A stretch of 63,974 bases of DNA, the filler included, from Octopus bimaculoides (taxonomy: Eukaryota): NCBI RefSeq assembly GCF_001194135.2. It is 10 parts of 10 records of this genome, joined end to end, with 100 filler letters (N's around TTAATTAATTAA, not from the genome) between each part and the next. Parts side by side here need not be neighbours in the genome. Positions count along the whole stretch, not along the records: positions 4,993 to 12,749 come from NW_026433240.1; positions 12,850 to 14,371 come from NW_026427427.1; positions 14,472 to 43,864 come from NC_068986.1; 7 more parts are not named here. One strand, written 5' to 3'. How positions within the stretch are numbered: position 1 is the first letter of the stretch; every line of letters starts with the position of its first letter. The notes beneath the pieces were generated by a model that had not been told where the DNA came from, made no database searches, and saw only the letters and a list, made by a program, of their open reading frames with translations. The translations under genes were made by a program, and so were the position numbers. This document shows, one piece after another, positions 12,466 through 24,555 of this stretch.

Positions 12466-13607
12466 ATGAAGGAGACTGATACAATAAGTACTAGGTTATA
12501 AAAAATAAGCCCTGGAGTTGATTCGTTTGACTAAAACCCTTTAAGGCAGTACTCCAGCATGGCTGCAGTCATATGACTGAAACAAGTAAAAGTATATATA
12601 TATATAAATATAAATATATATATATCAATGAAAAATATTTCAATACAAATGTATTAATACAAATGTATTAATACAAATGTATTAATTTCCAGCAATAGTT
12701 TTGTATTGAAATATTTTTCATTGATAACTTCTTCACTGTTCTCAGTTCTNNNNNNNNNNNNNNNNNNNNNNNNNNNNNNNNNNNNNNNNNNNNTTAATTA
12801 ATTAANNNNNNNNNNNNNNNNNNNNNNNNNNNNNNNNNNNNNNNNNNNNTTCCTCACCATTATTATCCTCATCATCATAATATTCACCATCACCAACATT
12901 ATCCTAACGATCATTATCTTTCTTTTATTTTGATGGTGTAGCACATTTTAACGATGAAATATTAAATTTCCGTCGGGAGATCCTATATACAGTTTTGTAT
13001 TGTGCAAGATCTGAAGAAATAAAAACGAAAAGATTTTTTTTTAAATACCTCACAATATGCTTGGGTGGTGTGACTGTTGCAGCTTACCATAATTTTCATT
13101 ATTATCAATCATTACAATAAACTACGGAAATTAAATTAAATATTATTTTTTTCTTATAGAAATTTATTTCTAATTATCATTACGCGCAATCGTCATTATG
13201 ATTAAGGAAATTCGTTTTGCGAAGCTACGATGCAATAAGCGTTGCGTTAGTAAACTGTGCTTGTTTCGTTTCATTTGCCGCAGAATGTCGTCGATATGGA
13301 TGTGGCTTTAAGATGTTAAATTCATAATGATGTAGGTTCAGAATCTTCCCCTTTGCTGTTCCTCTTTCGACACATCTCTGAAGATGACTAATTCTTTCTT
13401 AGTGATATTTGGTTGATGGAAGATGAAGAAAACCTAACCAAAAATCTCATAGTTACCATAAGACCAGAACAAAAGTTCATGTTATTAACACGAAACAACA
13501 AAATATTAAATCAAAACAATGTGATTCAGATAACCAATGCACCGTATAAATTTCAGTTTAACCATGTGGCAAGAGGAACTTGAAAGATTAATACGGGTGA
13601 ACGACCC

Positions 13608-13609
<2 letters not shown>

Positions 13610-13675
<66 letters not shown>
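13610..13675. repeat. (AAT)n microsatellite followed by (AT)n
   Basis: Direct reading. Confidence 0.95.
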
Positions 13676-13676
<1 letters not shown>

Positions 13677-14471
13677 TATATATATATATATATATATAGT
13701 TATGGTATATTCTGTAAAGAATGCAGTAGAGTACAGTATAAAGCTCGTCCACCTTCAGACTTCACTCTGTGCTATCCAGTAGTAGTATCATCCGTACTTC
13801 CAGGTTTGCGTTTGGTGAATACATGATTGAAAAAATTTGGAGTCAACAAAAAGGAGTACGGTTGGACTTTTATTTTTTGATCACTACAATTGTTTCCACG
13901 CAACGTAGTTCTCTAGGCGTGCATGTACTAGATTTGCCACTGTTTCCCTGCATTATGGGATTTAGTTGTGTTTCCCCAGGTGATACGTAGATATTGTCTC
14001 CGGAAGTTCACATTTTCTGCTTCAAGAACATCCTCTTTCTCTGTCGTGGCCTGAATTCAGTAATAGTCACTATGTTTGTGTGTGTATTCACTAATCTCTC
14101 TCTGTGTATATATGCGTGTTTGTGTTTGTGTACGTGTTTNNNNNNNNNNTGATAGATAGAGCGAGAGAGAGCGAGAGAGAGAGAGAGAGAGAGTGAGAGA
14201 GAGAGAGGTTGGCGAATAGACCGATAGAGAGATATGAGAGATTGAAAAGTATACATATATACACACACATAAACAAACACATAAATAATTGTGTTTTTGG
14301 GGACAGGTTGATGACACCAACAACATGCACATACACTCACACACATGTGTATATACATATATATATGTATGNNNNNNNNNNNNNNNNNNNNNNNNNNNNN
14401 NNNNNNNNNNNNNNNTTAATTAATTAANNNNNNNNNNNNNNNNNNNNNNNNNNNNNNNNNNNNNNNNNNNN

Positions 14472-14890
14472 CACAGTTTGTTGACCTTAGTAACATCTCC
14501 ATGACTAGCACGAATAAGATGACTGATATCGTGCATCCGGCTGCAATACCTACTTCTAGCCGTTGCCACTCCGTTGTGAACTCTCCTGCTGTAAATCTCA
14601 TCCTCATGTTGTCGTAGTAGGACATGAGCATTCGTTGAACATCTTTTGGAATCCAAAAGAAGTCCATCGCTGCTCTGATTACCGCGTGTGGAACAGATCC
14701 ATATGCATTGGCAAGATCTAGCCAGACAATGTGCAGGTTTTTCTTCAGTTGTTTTGCACAGGTGATAGCTTCCCAGATGGCAACTGCGTGTTCTATGCAC
14801 CCAGGGATTCCGGGGATTCCTGCTTTTTGGATTGCTTCATTAACGTACCCGTTACGCTGTACGAATCTTATGTGGGAACACATAATAAAG
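14472..14890 (-). mobile_element. RT fragment of a HERO-like (R2-group, RLE-type) non-LTR retrotransposon, still in open frame
   Basis: QKAGIPGIPGCIEH...WLDLANAYGSVPH...EWQRLEVGIAAGCTISVILFVLVM. No stop in about 138 codons; cut by the scaffold edge. Confidence 0.85.
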
Positions 14891-15079
14891 TCTTAATTAT
14901 AAAATTTGCATCATGTTTCCTCTCTTCAACAGATGAACAATTTTATAGTCCTAGAATTTTGTTATTCCAGTCACAGATATGACGCTTTTTACGATTACTA
15001 AATCAACCCCATTATCAGACTGATGTTTGAAATGAGATTCTTAGAACTGCTTTGCAAATTCAGCAATTTACACTTTAAA

Positions 15080-15480
15080 TTTATAATGTGGCATCTTGGG
15101 CAAATGTCTTCTACCCTAGCCCTAAGCCAACCAAAGCCTTGTGAGTGGATTTGGCAACAGAAACTGAAAGAAGCCCATCATAAATGTATATATGTATGTA
15201 CATATGTGTGTGAGTGTGTATGTGTCTCTTCTTGTCTTGGCATAGCATAGTTGTAAATGAGTGTCACTGACATACAAGCAGTTTCATCATTTCCAGTCTT
15301 CTGTATAAATATGTCTGGCCACAGGGAAATTATTACCTTACTTGGAAACAAGTTGGTGGGGGGGGGGGGAGAGTTGGTGACAGGAAGGGCCTCAGGCAAT
15401 AGACAAGCTGCCTCATTAAATTCTGCCCAATCCATGCAAGCATAGAAAAGTAGATGTGAATATCATGATGATGGTGATGA
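15080..15480 (+). mobile_element. SINE family B variant with RTE-like (GAT)n-ending tail
   Basis: TTGGGCAAATGTCTTCTAC core and ...CCATGCAAGCATAGAAAAGTAGATG...ATGATG tail. Confidence 0.7.
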
Positions 15481-15809
15481 TGTATGATGAGAAGGGAAAA
15501 AATTTAACTGAATTACTTGCATGTAAGTGGGTGGGTATTCCACAGACACATGCACCCTTAATGTAATTCTCAGACAGAATCAGCAGTAGATAGTGGGACA
15601 TGATTAAACTTTTAGATTAGAGGTGCAATCTATCCAATGGGCTTCCACATAGTTTCTGTCTCCCTAGTTTCATTCACAAGGGTTGGGTTGACCTGAGGTT
15701 ACAGTAAAAGACACAGGTTATATACTTCCAGCCAACAAGTCTGATAAGTCACCTATACAACTAAATGTTTTATAGATACGTAACCAATGGTCACTCTCTG
15801 ACCAGCCAT

Positions 15810-16198
15810 TACAAACAATCACCCGTGCAGCATGGAAGGCAGATGTTAAACAATGATGATATATATATATATATATATATGTGCATGTGTGTGTGTGTAA
15901 GGATTTTCGAGCGAGATCGTTGTCAGTGCCCCTGGACTGGCTCTTGTGCGGGTGGCACATAAAATACACCATTTTGAATGTGGCCGTTGCCAGTACCGCC
16001 TGACTGGCCTTCGTGCAGGTGACACGTAAAAGCACCCACTACACTCTCTGAGTGGTTGGCGTTAGGAAGGGCATACAGCTGTAGAAACTCTGCCAAATCA
16101 GATTGGAGCCTGGTGTAGCCATCTGCTTTCACCAGTCCTCAGTCAAACCGTCCAACCCATGCTACCATGGAAAGCGGACGTTAAACGATGATGATGAT
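15810..16198 (+). mobile_element. RTE-LINE-type 3' tail fragments ending in (GAT)n
   Basis: GTGGTTGGCGTTAGGAAGGGCAT.CAGCTGTAGAAAC...CATGGAAAGCGGACGTTAAACGATGATGAT. Confidence 0.65.
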
Positions 16199-17154
16199 AT
16201 ATATATATATATATAAAAATATAAGATTCAGGGATTGAGATGTAAGAAGAAAGTTAGCTTCAAACAATCTGTAGTAAATACAAAAAAAAAACATTTGGGT
16301 TACTTGATGAGATACTACAGTAGATCCATCCATTTTGTCAAAACAAGAAATCTGTAAGCCAACACCAGAAATTTCAACATTATTACTAAAATACTTTGTC
16401 TCTAATTAAAAGGAAAATAAGGCAGCAAAGTCTTAACATTGATTCAAACATTTGTATGATGCATCATATGCATGCAACAACATCCACTAACCCTTCAAGT
16501 GTCAAAGTTCATGTATAGATAAAGCATACATGAGGTAAGCTACATAATGAAACTTGGAAAAGAGTGCCTCAGAAAGTATCCTCTAACCGATGATCAAGGA
16601 TGCACACCCAGAGAAATTGCACAACTCTGTCACAACATATCATCAAATAAAGAGCAGTATGCATATCTGCAGAAGGTCATTCATGGTGGTTGTTTTGCTT
16701 GTAAACTTCAAAGTGACGACACAGTTAACCAAAGTAATCGATTTTGAATCAACAACAGGAATATATATTTGTTCTCACATGGAAGTGTATATTTTTGTCA
16801 TTCAGAAACAAAATGCAATTTTCTTTTCTCAGCCATTTGCCCAATATTTCTTACACCTTTGAAATAACAAGCTGCATACCACCATATCACATCCTCCCCA
16901 GCCAATCCGAATTGCTTCTCTTCCTCTTGTTGTTCCTAATGTATTTCAGATTCCACATTAAAGAATGTTCTGAACATTTGTTGTCAGAACTGTAGACACT
17001 GATATTCTACCCTGTCAGCTCCTGTTCCACAATAGTTAATCTATAGAATATAAGTGCAGGAACAAAATTTGCTTAAGAGTGCAAACCCAGGTTCAAAATT
17101 TCTTACAAGGTCGATTTTTTCAGTCTTAATATAAAACAAACACAGGTATAATAA

Positions 17155-17390
17155 TGGTTTCAAATTTTGGCACAAGGTCAGCAATATTGGGGGAGGGGTA
17201 ATATAATTCCATCAATCCCAGAGCTCAACTGGTATTTATTTTATCGACCCCAAAAGGATGAAAGGCAAAGTCAACCTCAGCAGAATTTGAATCCAGAATA
17301 TTAAGACAGACAAAATGCTGCTAAGCATTTCGTCTGGCATGCTAGCAATTCTGCTAAGCATTTCACCTGGCATGCTATCAATTCTGCCAG
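17155..17390 (-). mobile_element. SINE family A copy with a short internal duplication
   Basis: Reverse-complement core ATCGACCCCAAAAGGATGAAAGGCAAAGTCAAC. Confidence 0.8.
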
Positions 17391-18544
17391 GTCTAATAAT
17401 AAAAATAGTTATTAGCATTGACACATCAATCAAATCAGATAAATTCAATGATGGAAATTAAATTTTTTTAATTCAGTGAAAAAAATGTTTCTATGCTTGT
17501 TCATTTTGGCAATGAAGTTTTTCAGGGGGGATGCTCAAAGTGTCTTCATTGCTCCCACCAAAAATTTTAGAGAGTACTCTTGCACCCTCTGCACCTGACT
17601 GAGCCTATGCTACAGAAGTAACCTACAAAGCTAATGACGACTACTTCTAAATGATAAAAGGAAGAAAATTGTTAGCACAGGATTAAATATCAGTCTTCAG
17701 ATAAAAAGTATTTGAGATAGAATAGTCTGGAAGTGCACACTTACAAGTGACTTAATTCGATAAAGAGGGCTGACCAAAGTCACTTGACAATAAATCAAAA
17801 CCATTTAATTCCAAGATCTATTTATGCTTAACAACTGAATGAATTTAATAAAAGCATCTAAATATGAAACATCATAAAAATTGTTCAAACTGAAGTCCTT
17901 CTTGGGCAACACATTTTTCCATTCAAATCAATATAGAATTACAGATAGTATTTATGAACATTTAAAAATGAAGATGTGAACTTTTAAAAGGAAAAAAAAA
18001 ACTGCTCAAAAAATAACATCTGAATGTAATCACTCGAGTGGGCATTGTGCCTCATTTTATCATTTTTATATTTTCAGTCGTTTTTTTAATTTTTTCTTCT
18101 TCACTCAATTTCTTTCTGTATTTTTATTTCCCCAATTATGTGTCCTGTATTGTTTTGTAATGTCCCATCTATGTTTGGCCCCTTGTAAGTAAGAAAAAAA
18201 TCAGGATGTTAGTGTTGCCTTGGTGGAGGCTTGCGCTCTCCGAGTGCTCTTGTTAATTTTACTTTACTTACAAGGTGGCGAACAGGCAGAATCATTAGCA
18301 CACCAGGCAAAGTGCTAAGTGGCATTTTCTCTGGTTCATTACATTCTGAGTTAAAATTCATCCTCTCATCCTTTTGGGATGGATTAAATAGGGACTTGTC
18401 AAGTGTTGAGAACAGTGAAATAGACTATACTCCTCTCTGAAAATTTCAGGACTTGTGCCTATAATACAGTATAGGCACATTGGGCAGTTGCCTGAAGGTC
18501 TCGATTCTAATCTACGTCTTGCACTCAATAACTATTCTTTTCTA

Positions 18545-18750
18545 TTCTAGGCACAAGGCCCGAAATTTTGGGGGAGGGGGCTTGTTGATTAGATCGACCC
18601 TCGTACGCAACTGGTACTTAATTTATTAACCCTGAAAGGATGAAAGGCAAAGTCGATCTCGGTGGAATTTGAACTCAAAACGTAAAGGCATACGAAATGC
18701 CGCTAAACATTTCGCTCGGCGTGCTAACGTTTCTGCCAGCTCGCCGCCCA
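18545..18750 (-). mobile_element. SINE family A, near full length
   Basis: Reverse complement of the 3149-3337 family, including the head GCCAGCTCGCCGCC. Confidence 0.85.
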
Positions 18751-19261
18751 ATCAATAAATATTATAAGACCCAGGGCATGGATTTTTACCTGGAGGTGGG
18801 GGGACTACAATGATGTTAAGATGGCTCTGCTATAGTAGAAAGAATTATTTTTGCCTCACGATTTTGTATGAATATTATATAAAGTATCAAAGTCTGTCAG
18901 TTATCAGACCGTAGGATGTGCGAAGAAAGATATCCGTATATAATACTACAATAAAATAAAACAAGTTAACTGTGGCTATACATTTATACAAGTTAGAATG
19001 ACTCAACGATAATGCGAAAGTTGACATAAAATCATGTTTTGTGTTAAAGGAAATAAATCCAAGTGGCTGTATTTGTGGTCGAAATAGAAATAAACATTTG
19101 GTGTAATTAATTACTAATTAGGTACATGAAGAATCAAGTTACGTGCAACTCTCTCTCTCTCTCTCACTTTCCCTCTATCTCTTTCCATCTTTCTTTTTAG
19201 AGTTATCTACCTTTAGTCAACTGTTCTTAATTGGTGTTGGAATACTTCACAAGTCGGCAAC

Positions 19262-19400
19262 ATGGCTCAGGAAATTCACGTGAATGGATATGATGAATAT
19301 GTAGCAACAGCTGATGAAAACAAAGGCAAAACAATATTTGCTTTATTTACAGGAAGTAAAGACTCTAGTGGCCAAAGCTGGTGTCCCGACTGTGTCAGAG
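19262..19400 (+). CDS. TXNDC17: Thioredoxin domain-containing protein 17 (TRP14), coding exon 1 of 4
   Basis: MAQEIHVNGYDEYVATADENKGKTIFALFTGSKDSSGQSWCPDCVR with the diagnostic WCPDC active site. 139 nt, phase-1 donor AG|GTATCA. Confidence 0.96.
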
Positions 19401-19882
19401 GTATCAAATTCTTATAATTTTGGATTTAGATCGTCCTTTTCATTATATTTCATCTAGGTAAAGACGGCGAGCTGGCAGAAACATTAGCAAGTTTTCTTTG
19501 AAACCGAGCAGTTTGCACTCTGTTCATCGCTTCCTTTGTAAACGATATACGTACTCAACAGTCTTTCATTCTGTCCTGCTTTAAATAGTTCATGCTTCTG
19601 TCAAAGCTTGTTATAAAGTAACATTTTCTTTGTTAAGCTAACGGTTAGTTATATGAACTTCGAACCCAAAACATGAGACATATATAAGGACTATGTATGC
19701 TCTCTCTCTCTCTCTCTCTCTGTATATATATATATATATATATCTTGTTTTTCTGACATGCTAATATATCATTTCATTTCTTAACTTATTCAACTCACAT
19801 CACTTTATGGGTGGTACAGGGGACGAAGGTCAGTATAATTGATTGTACCTTTTTCTTTTTTTCATCGTTACTATTTTATGCC

Positions 19883-20238
19883 GTGGAGGCGCAGTGGCCC
19901 TGTGGTTAGGGCAGGAGACTCGCGGTTTCGATTCCCAGACCGGGCGTTGTGATTGTTTATTGAGCGAAAATACCTAAAGCTCCACGAGGCTCCGGCAGGG
20001 GATGGTGGTAAACCCTGCTGTACTCTTTCACCACAACTTTCCCTCACTCTTACTTCCAGTTTCTGTTGTGCCTGTAATTCAAAGGGTCAGCCTTGTCACA
20101 CTGTGTCACGCTGAATATCCCCGAGAACTACGTTAAGGGCACACGTGTCTGTGGAGTGCTCAGCCACTTGCACGTTAATTTCACGAGCAGGCTGTTCCGT
20201 TGATCGGATCAACTGGAACCCTCGACGTCGTGCCAACA
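19883..20238 (+). mobile_element. Full-length tRNA-derived SINE (family D) with a 13-bp target-site duplication
   Basis: TSD ACTATTTTATGCC at 19870-19882 and 20239-20251. A-box-like TGGCCCTGTGG and B-box-like GGTTTCGATTCCC. CAA tail. Confidence 0.92.
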
Positions 20239-21124
20239 ACTATTTTATGCCATGTTGTACTGCACATCGGACCATCCTTGGGTGTTTCTATTAACATACC
20301 AGCCTGTCGTCAGCCTTTCAATTTCTGGAGGTCTCCAGAACTTTGTGCAGCGTAACACAGAAAGAGAGAGAGAGAGAGAATTCATTACACAGACTCTAAG
20401 ACAGCACGTGACATCGTGCCTGGTGGAACGTCGTTCTGATATTTAATGATGTCTCATATCAGCATTAAAGTCTTGAAAACTTTAAAGCAAAAATCAACCT
20501 CTGCAGCATTTGAACGTGGAGTGCAGTGTAATGTAATGGTGATTAACTTTTTTTGTTGTTGTTGTTGTTACTTTACTTGTCCAATGCAATTAATTGATTC
20601 AATTTGAAGATAGGAAATGCAAAACTTGTTATGAATGAACTCTTCTTCTTTGTTCGATCCACACACATGTAATAGACAGAAATACAGAATAACTGTGACT
20701 TCAAAAGTTGCCGCTTAGAAGTTGGTTAGAATGCTTACGTGACGAGCTATTTATTGCTGGCGAAAGTTGAAAGTTAATGTCACTAACTTTCATCATCATC
20801 GCTTTACTTCTGCTTTCAATGCTGGCTTGTATTGGACAATACATATTTGAAGAAGCTGCCTTCCTTGACACATTAAATCTCGCTCTCTTCTTTTTTTTTT
20901 GTTGTGTTTCCAAGACTGATGGATTCTCTCAACCCTACATATTCTCCATATATTTGGTAACCGTTTTACAAAGTGTACTGTATGCATTTTATTGTGCACC
21001 AGCTCTTGGGAGTATACCTTTTTCCTCGCCAGGAAAAAGTTCTCACTCCTTTACGTCTCCATACTTACTAAGCAATGTAACAGAGTAGGTAGAAGAAAGA
21101 AGGTACTCTATTATTAAGTCATTC

Positions 21125-21790
21125 GAGGCGCATTTACTTTAAATCCTTATTTTTCATCAGTAGTTTTAACAAATCAGTCAATAATATATTCTCCATTATT
21201 CACGATTTCTTGCCAACGTTCCACTAGTTTGTCGATGCCTTGACGGTAGAAATCACCAGGTCTTAACTCGAAGAATTCATCATGTCGTGTTTTCAGCTCC
21301 ACGTCGTTATTGAAGGAAACGCCTTGCAGACTTTTGGAAAGTGACCGAAAAAGATGATAGTCTAAATGTGCTATATCAGGAAAATACGGTGGGTGCGGTG
21401 GAACTTCCTAACCGAACTCTTGGATAGCCTTTTTGGTCAAATTGACAATGTCGGGCTCGAGTGTTGCCGGTCGAGTCCTTACAGCTGGGTTGCCCATCGA
21501 GTGAAATTGGCTGGCGATTGTATCAGGAGACCATCGCACGTGCTGGGTCATTTCCCATGTGGATTGACGCTGATCCTCGTGGTTGGGCTCGTTTAATCGA
21601 TTCTCATTAAATGAAAGAGGTTGGCTGGATCGTGGAGAGTCTGTAAGGTCGAATCCCCCTCTCCTTGAAATGTGTAAGTCATTTCCGTGCAGTTCTTGCA
21701 GTAATAACATCTTCTCTGTAACAATTTCTTTATTGTCTATAAAAGACGAACATGGACACCACAACATATAGCGTTTGTTACAATGGGACG
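21125..21790 (-). mobile_element. mariner (DD34D, Mos1/Hsmar-like) transposase C-terminal fossil
   Basis: PDIVNLTKKAIQEFG.EVPPHPPYFPDIAHLDYHLFRSLSKSLQGVSFNNDVEL...FYRQGIDKLVERWQEIVNNGEYIID*, frameshifted. Confidence 0.9.
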
Positions 21791-22232
21791 TTTTTTTTTA
21801 ATAAAAAAATTATATAAATAGAAAATATATAATAAAATCGAAGAAAGAAATCGAAAAATTAAATCACTTTTTGTTATAACTCCATGCGGAGTTCTAATCA
21901 CCCCACCGGCTGTTTTCACAATTTTTTTTTTAATTATATCCCCCCCCCCCAGAACTGGCTACACCAGCTCGACATCTTCCACTCGCATCATTAACATCTT
22001 CTCTGTAACGCGTGCGTCTGTGCGATAGTAGTCTCTTATAGTCCGAGAAAGACGGGTCTATAATTTTTTTGCTGAATAACCTACACAACTGATTTGTTTA
22101 TGCTGATCAAATGTATGTGCTGTACATTGGCTCACACCCTGCACCAAATCATGCGTCAGATGTCAAAGCGATTGCAGAACAACGTTAGATATGTATATAC
22201 ATATGGCTGTTTATACTTGTACTTATTACATA

Positions 22233-23173
22233 CCGTATATACTCGAGTAATAGTTGATCTCATGTAAAAGTAGACCCCACCTATTTTCGGCCAAAAATTT
22301 GGGAATTTTCCATAGACCCCCGTATAAAAGTTGACCGGTACTATTCAGTGTGCGAGTGCGCGCACCGGGACCACTCTTCTTGAATATGACCAAGTTGACC
22401 ACCCTAGTATTTCACGAACAACAGGACATTTGTGGGCCAAGGCATCGTATCCTGTACGTAGAAATAGCACTATTACAAAATTGTGTGGCTATGTTACTGT
22501 AGCCTACGCTACAGGTGGAATACTAGGTGCTTATAATGGAATGCTCGGTGCTTATAGTACAACACCATTTAATAGCGAGCACTACACATCTGTTGATGGG
22601 TGCTACATCACCATTGCTAAAATGTATGCACAGGATATGCTGCAAGCCTGCATACATTTTGAAGCACAAAAAACACATGCGTCATATACACTCGTTGTTT
22701 ACATGGTGAGAAACTTGTTTCACAGACAGCACTACTGGCAAACGCCACTTTCTAAATTCGTACAAAGTATGATTTTGATAAGCCTAAAAACATTTAGTTA
22801 ATTGCAAAATTAGTGGTTCCCTTACTTTTTTCGACATTATTTTAAAAAACGTGGAACCCCTGATAACTTTCAGGGAACCCTGGGGTTTTGCAGAACATAT
22901 TTTGAGAATTCCTGCTCCAGATTAACAACTCTACACCACATGGAAATTTACTGGTAACTGCATATGAGAGCTATGCGGTCTTGTTTACCGTAATTCATTA
23001 TGTTTTTGTTTTTATTCGCTTAGAGATCAGTTGGGCTTCTGCTGCTGATACGGTACTTCGGATTTTAGCTTGAATTTCAGCCTCTCAAAAATAATATCCA
23101 TGTAATAGTCGACCCCCTAAATTTGACCATAAAAATGGTCTAAAAAGTTCGACTTTTACACGAGTATATACGG
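22233..23173. mobile_element. Non-autonomous Tc1/mariner (pogo/Tigger-type) TIR element with TA target duplication
   Basis: Left end CCGTATATACTCGAGTAATAGTTGA; right end reverse complement CCGTATATACTCGTGTAAAAGTCGA; TA on both flanks. Confidence 0.85.
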
Positions 23174-23345
23174 TATATAGTATACCTACTGTAATTGTTG
23201 AGTATATAAATAGATTGGTTGTTTATTTCTGTGGGATTGGGCAAATTGATGTAGAAGCTTTTGATGAGAATCTAATAAGATTCGAAAATTGACTTAGGTT
23301 GTTCATTTTTTCAATCTACAGAGAAACAGCTAAATTAGACTTGCT

Positions 23346-23915
23346 GGATCTTTTTTAAAACGGGGGCCACATTTTTCATTAATGTTTTACGTAGTGTTTT
23401 TGGTACCGAAAGACTTTCAAACTTCGTATACTTATCTATTTTGTGTTATAGAACAGAAAAATATTTTTGTATTCGAATTTATTTCATGTAAAAAATTGTC
23501 TTATTTCGATAATTTCAACCAATCACTGACAAGTATTCAGTTGTTTATATTTACTCCTTTGGATGATTAAGCGATGTAAAGCGTATTTAATCTCCATACC
23601 TTCGTTTTATTTGCTTTTTTTCATTTTAAATTTGCTTTAACCCTAACCCTAACCCTAGGGTTAGGGTTAGGATTAATTGTTTCAGAATCGTTTGTTTATG
23701 TAATCAGCACTTAATGTATATCGGCTGAATGGACGTCAGTGATTGGTTGAAATTACAGAAATACGACAACTTTAACATGGAATAATTTATGGATTTCTTT
23801 TTTTTTTTAAGAAGACTAAGAGAAAAAGATGTTTTATATGACACATTCTACCAGTGTTCCAAGTTTCAAAGTGTTTCGTTAATGAAAAATGTCGCCCCCG
23901 TTTTAAAAAAGATCC
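23346..23915. mobile_element. 570-bp MITE with 37-bp TIRs and 8-bp TSD, Merlin-like
   Basis: TIR GGATCTTTTTTAAAACGGGGGC(C/G)ACATTTTTCATTAA with 1 mismatch. TSD GACTTGCT at 23338-23345 and 23916-23923. GG termini plus an 8-bp TSD fit Merlin. Confidence 0.9.
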
Positions 23916-23989
23916 GACTTGCTTTTAAAAGCATTATATAGGTTACATGTATATCTTAGCTGTTAGATTCTCCATTGCTGACAACACAA

Positions 23990-24555
23990 TTGACAACAAG
24001 CCTTCATCAAACATCCCAATTGCTTGCTTTTTTCTTAGCTCCACTCCAGTCAGCTACCAGCACTATCATGTTGTCCTGGAACATATTGTGCTGTATCTTC
24101 CTTGGTTTTCCACTCAGTTTTTTTCCTCTTTCTGGCGGCCACTCTATTGCTATGGTAGTGTGAGTCTCCTACAGTAATCAAAGCACATGGCTGGTAAACC
24201 ATATCTTTTACTTATGCACCATGTCTTGCTAACTTGCTGTGCCGGCAACTTTCACCAACTTCTGTTTCTCACTCTGTCTCTGTAAGAAATGCCTAGGATT
24301 GAACAATAGCAGCATCAATTAAACACATCCAACAATTGAGAGATCTTCACTGTCTTCTTCTAATTTTCACAGACACAAATCTGTTGGTATAACAACAGAT
24401 AAGTATAGAAGTAGCTTTATCTTCTGACTGATAGTCTTCGATTTTCATATTGGAGGCAGGCAATGGAATACTGAGACTGCATTATTTATCCTGGTCTTGA
24501 CGTAAATTTCTGCATCATCTCTGCTGGAGATAGAGCTTCTGAGATATGTAAACAT
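23990..24555 (-). mobile_element. Degraded RTE-LINE C-terminal fragment
   Basis: YLRSSISSRDDAEIYVKTRINNAVSVF plus downstream IAIEWPPERGKK.SGKPRK remnants. Confidence 0.65.

Noticed and set aside
13200-14060. Unique sequence with several acceptor-like sites and short open frames (for example ...KPHPYRRHS... on the minus strand and ORF 13769-13990 on the plus strand)
   Set aside because: I found no consistent acceptor-donor pair with an open frame and no recognisable family.
16547-17060. ORF 16547-16747 and a strong minus-strand acceptor near 17045 suggesting a gene divergent from TXNDC17
   Set aside because: All three frames after the acceptor stop quickly, and the plus-strand ORF has no recognisable homology or donor.
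18999-19009. TGACTCA upstream of the redox gene TXNDC17 as a possible antioxidant response element
   Set aside because: It matches AP-1 only and lacks the GC of the TGACnnnGC consensus. A 7-mer is expected by chance.
19883-19945. tRNA-like heads here and in other SINE copies as tRNA genes
   Set aside because: No complete cloverleaf, and each continues into a multi-copy SINE body.
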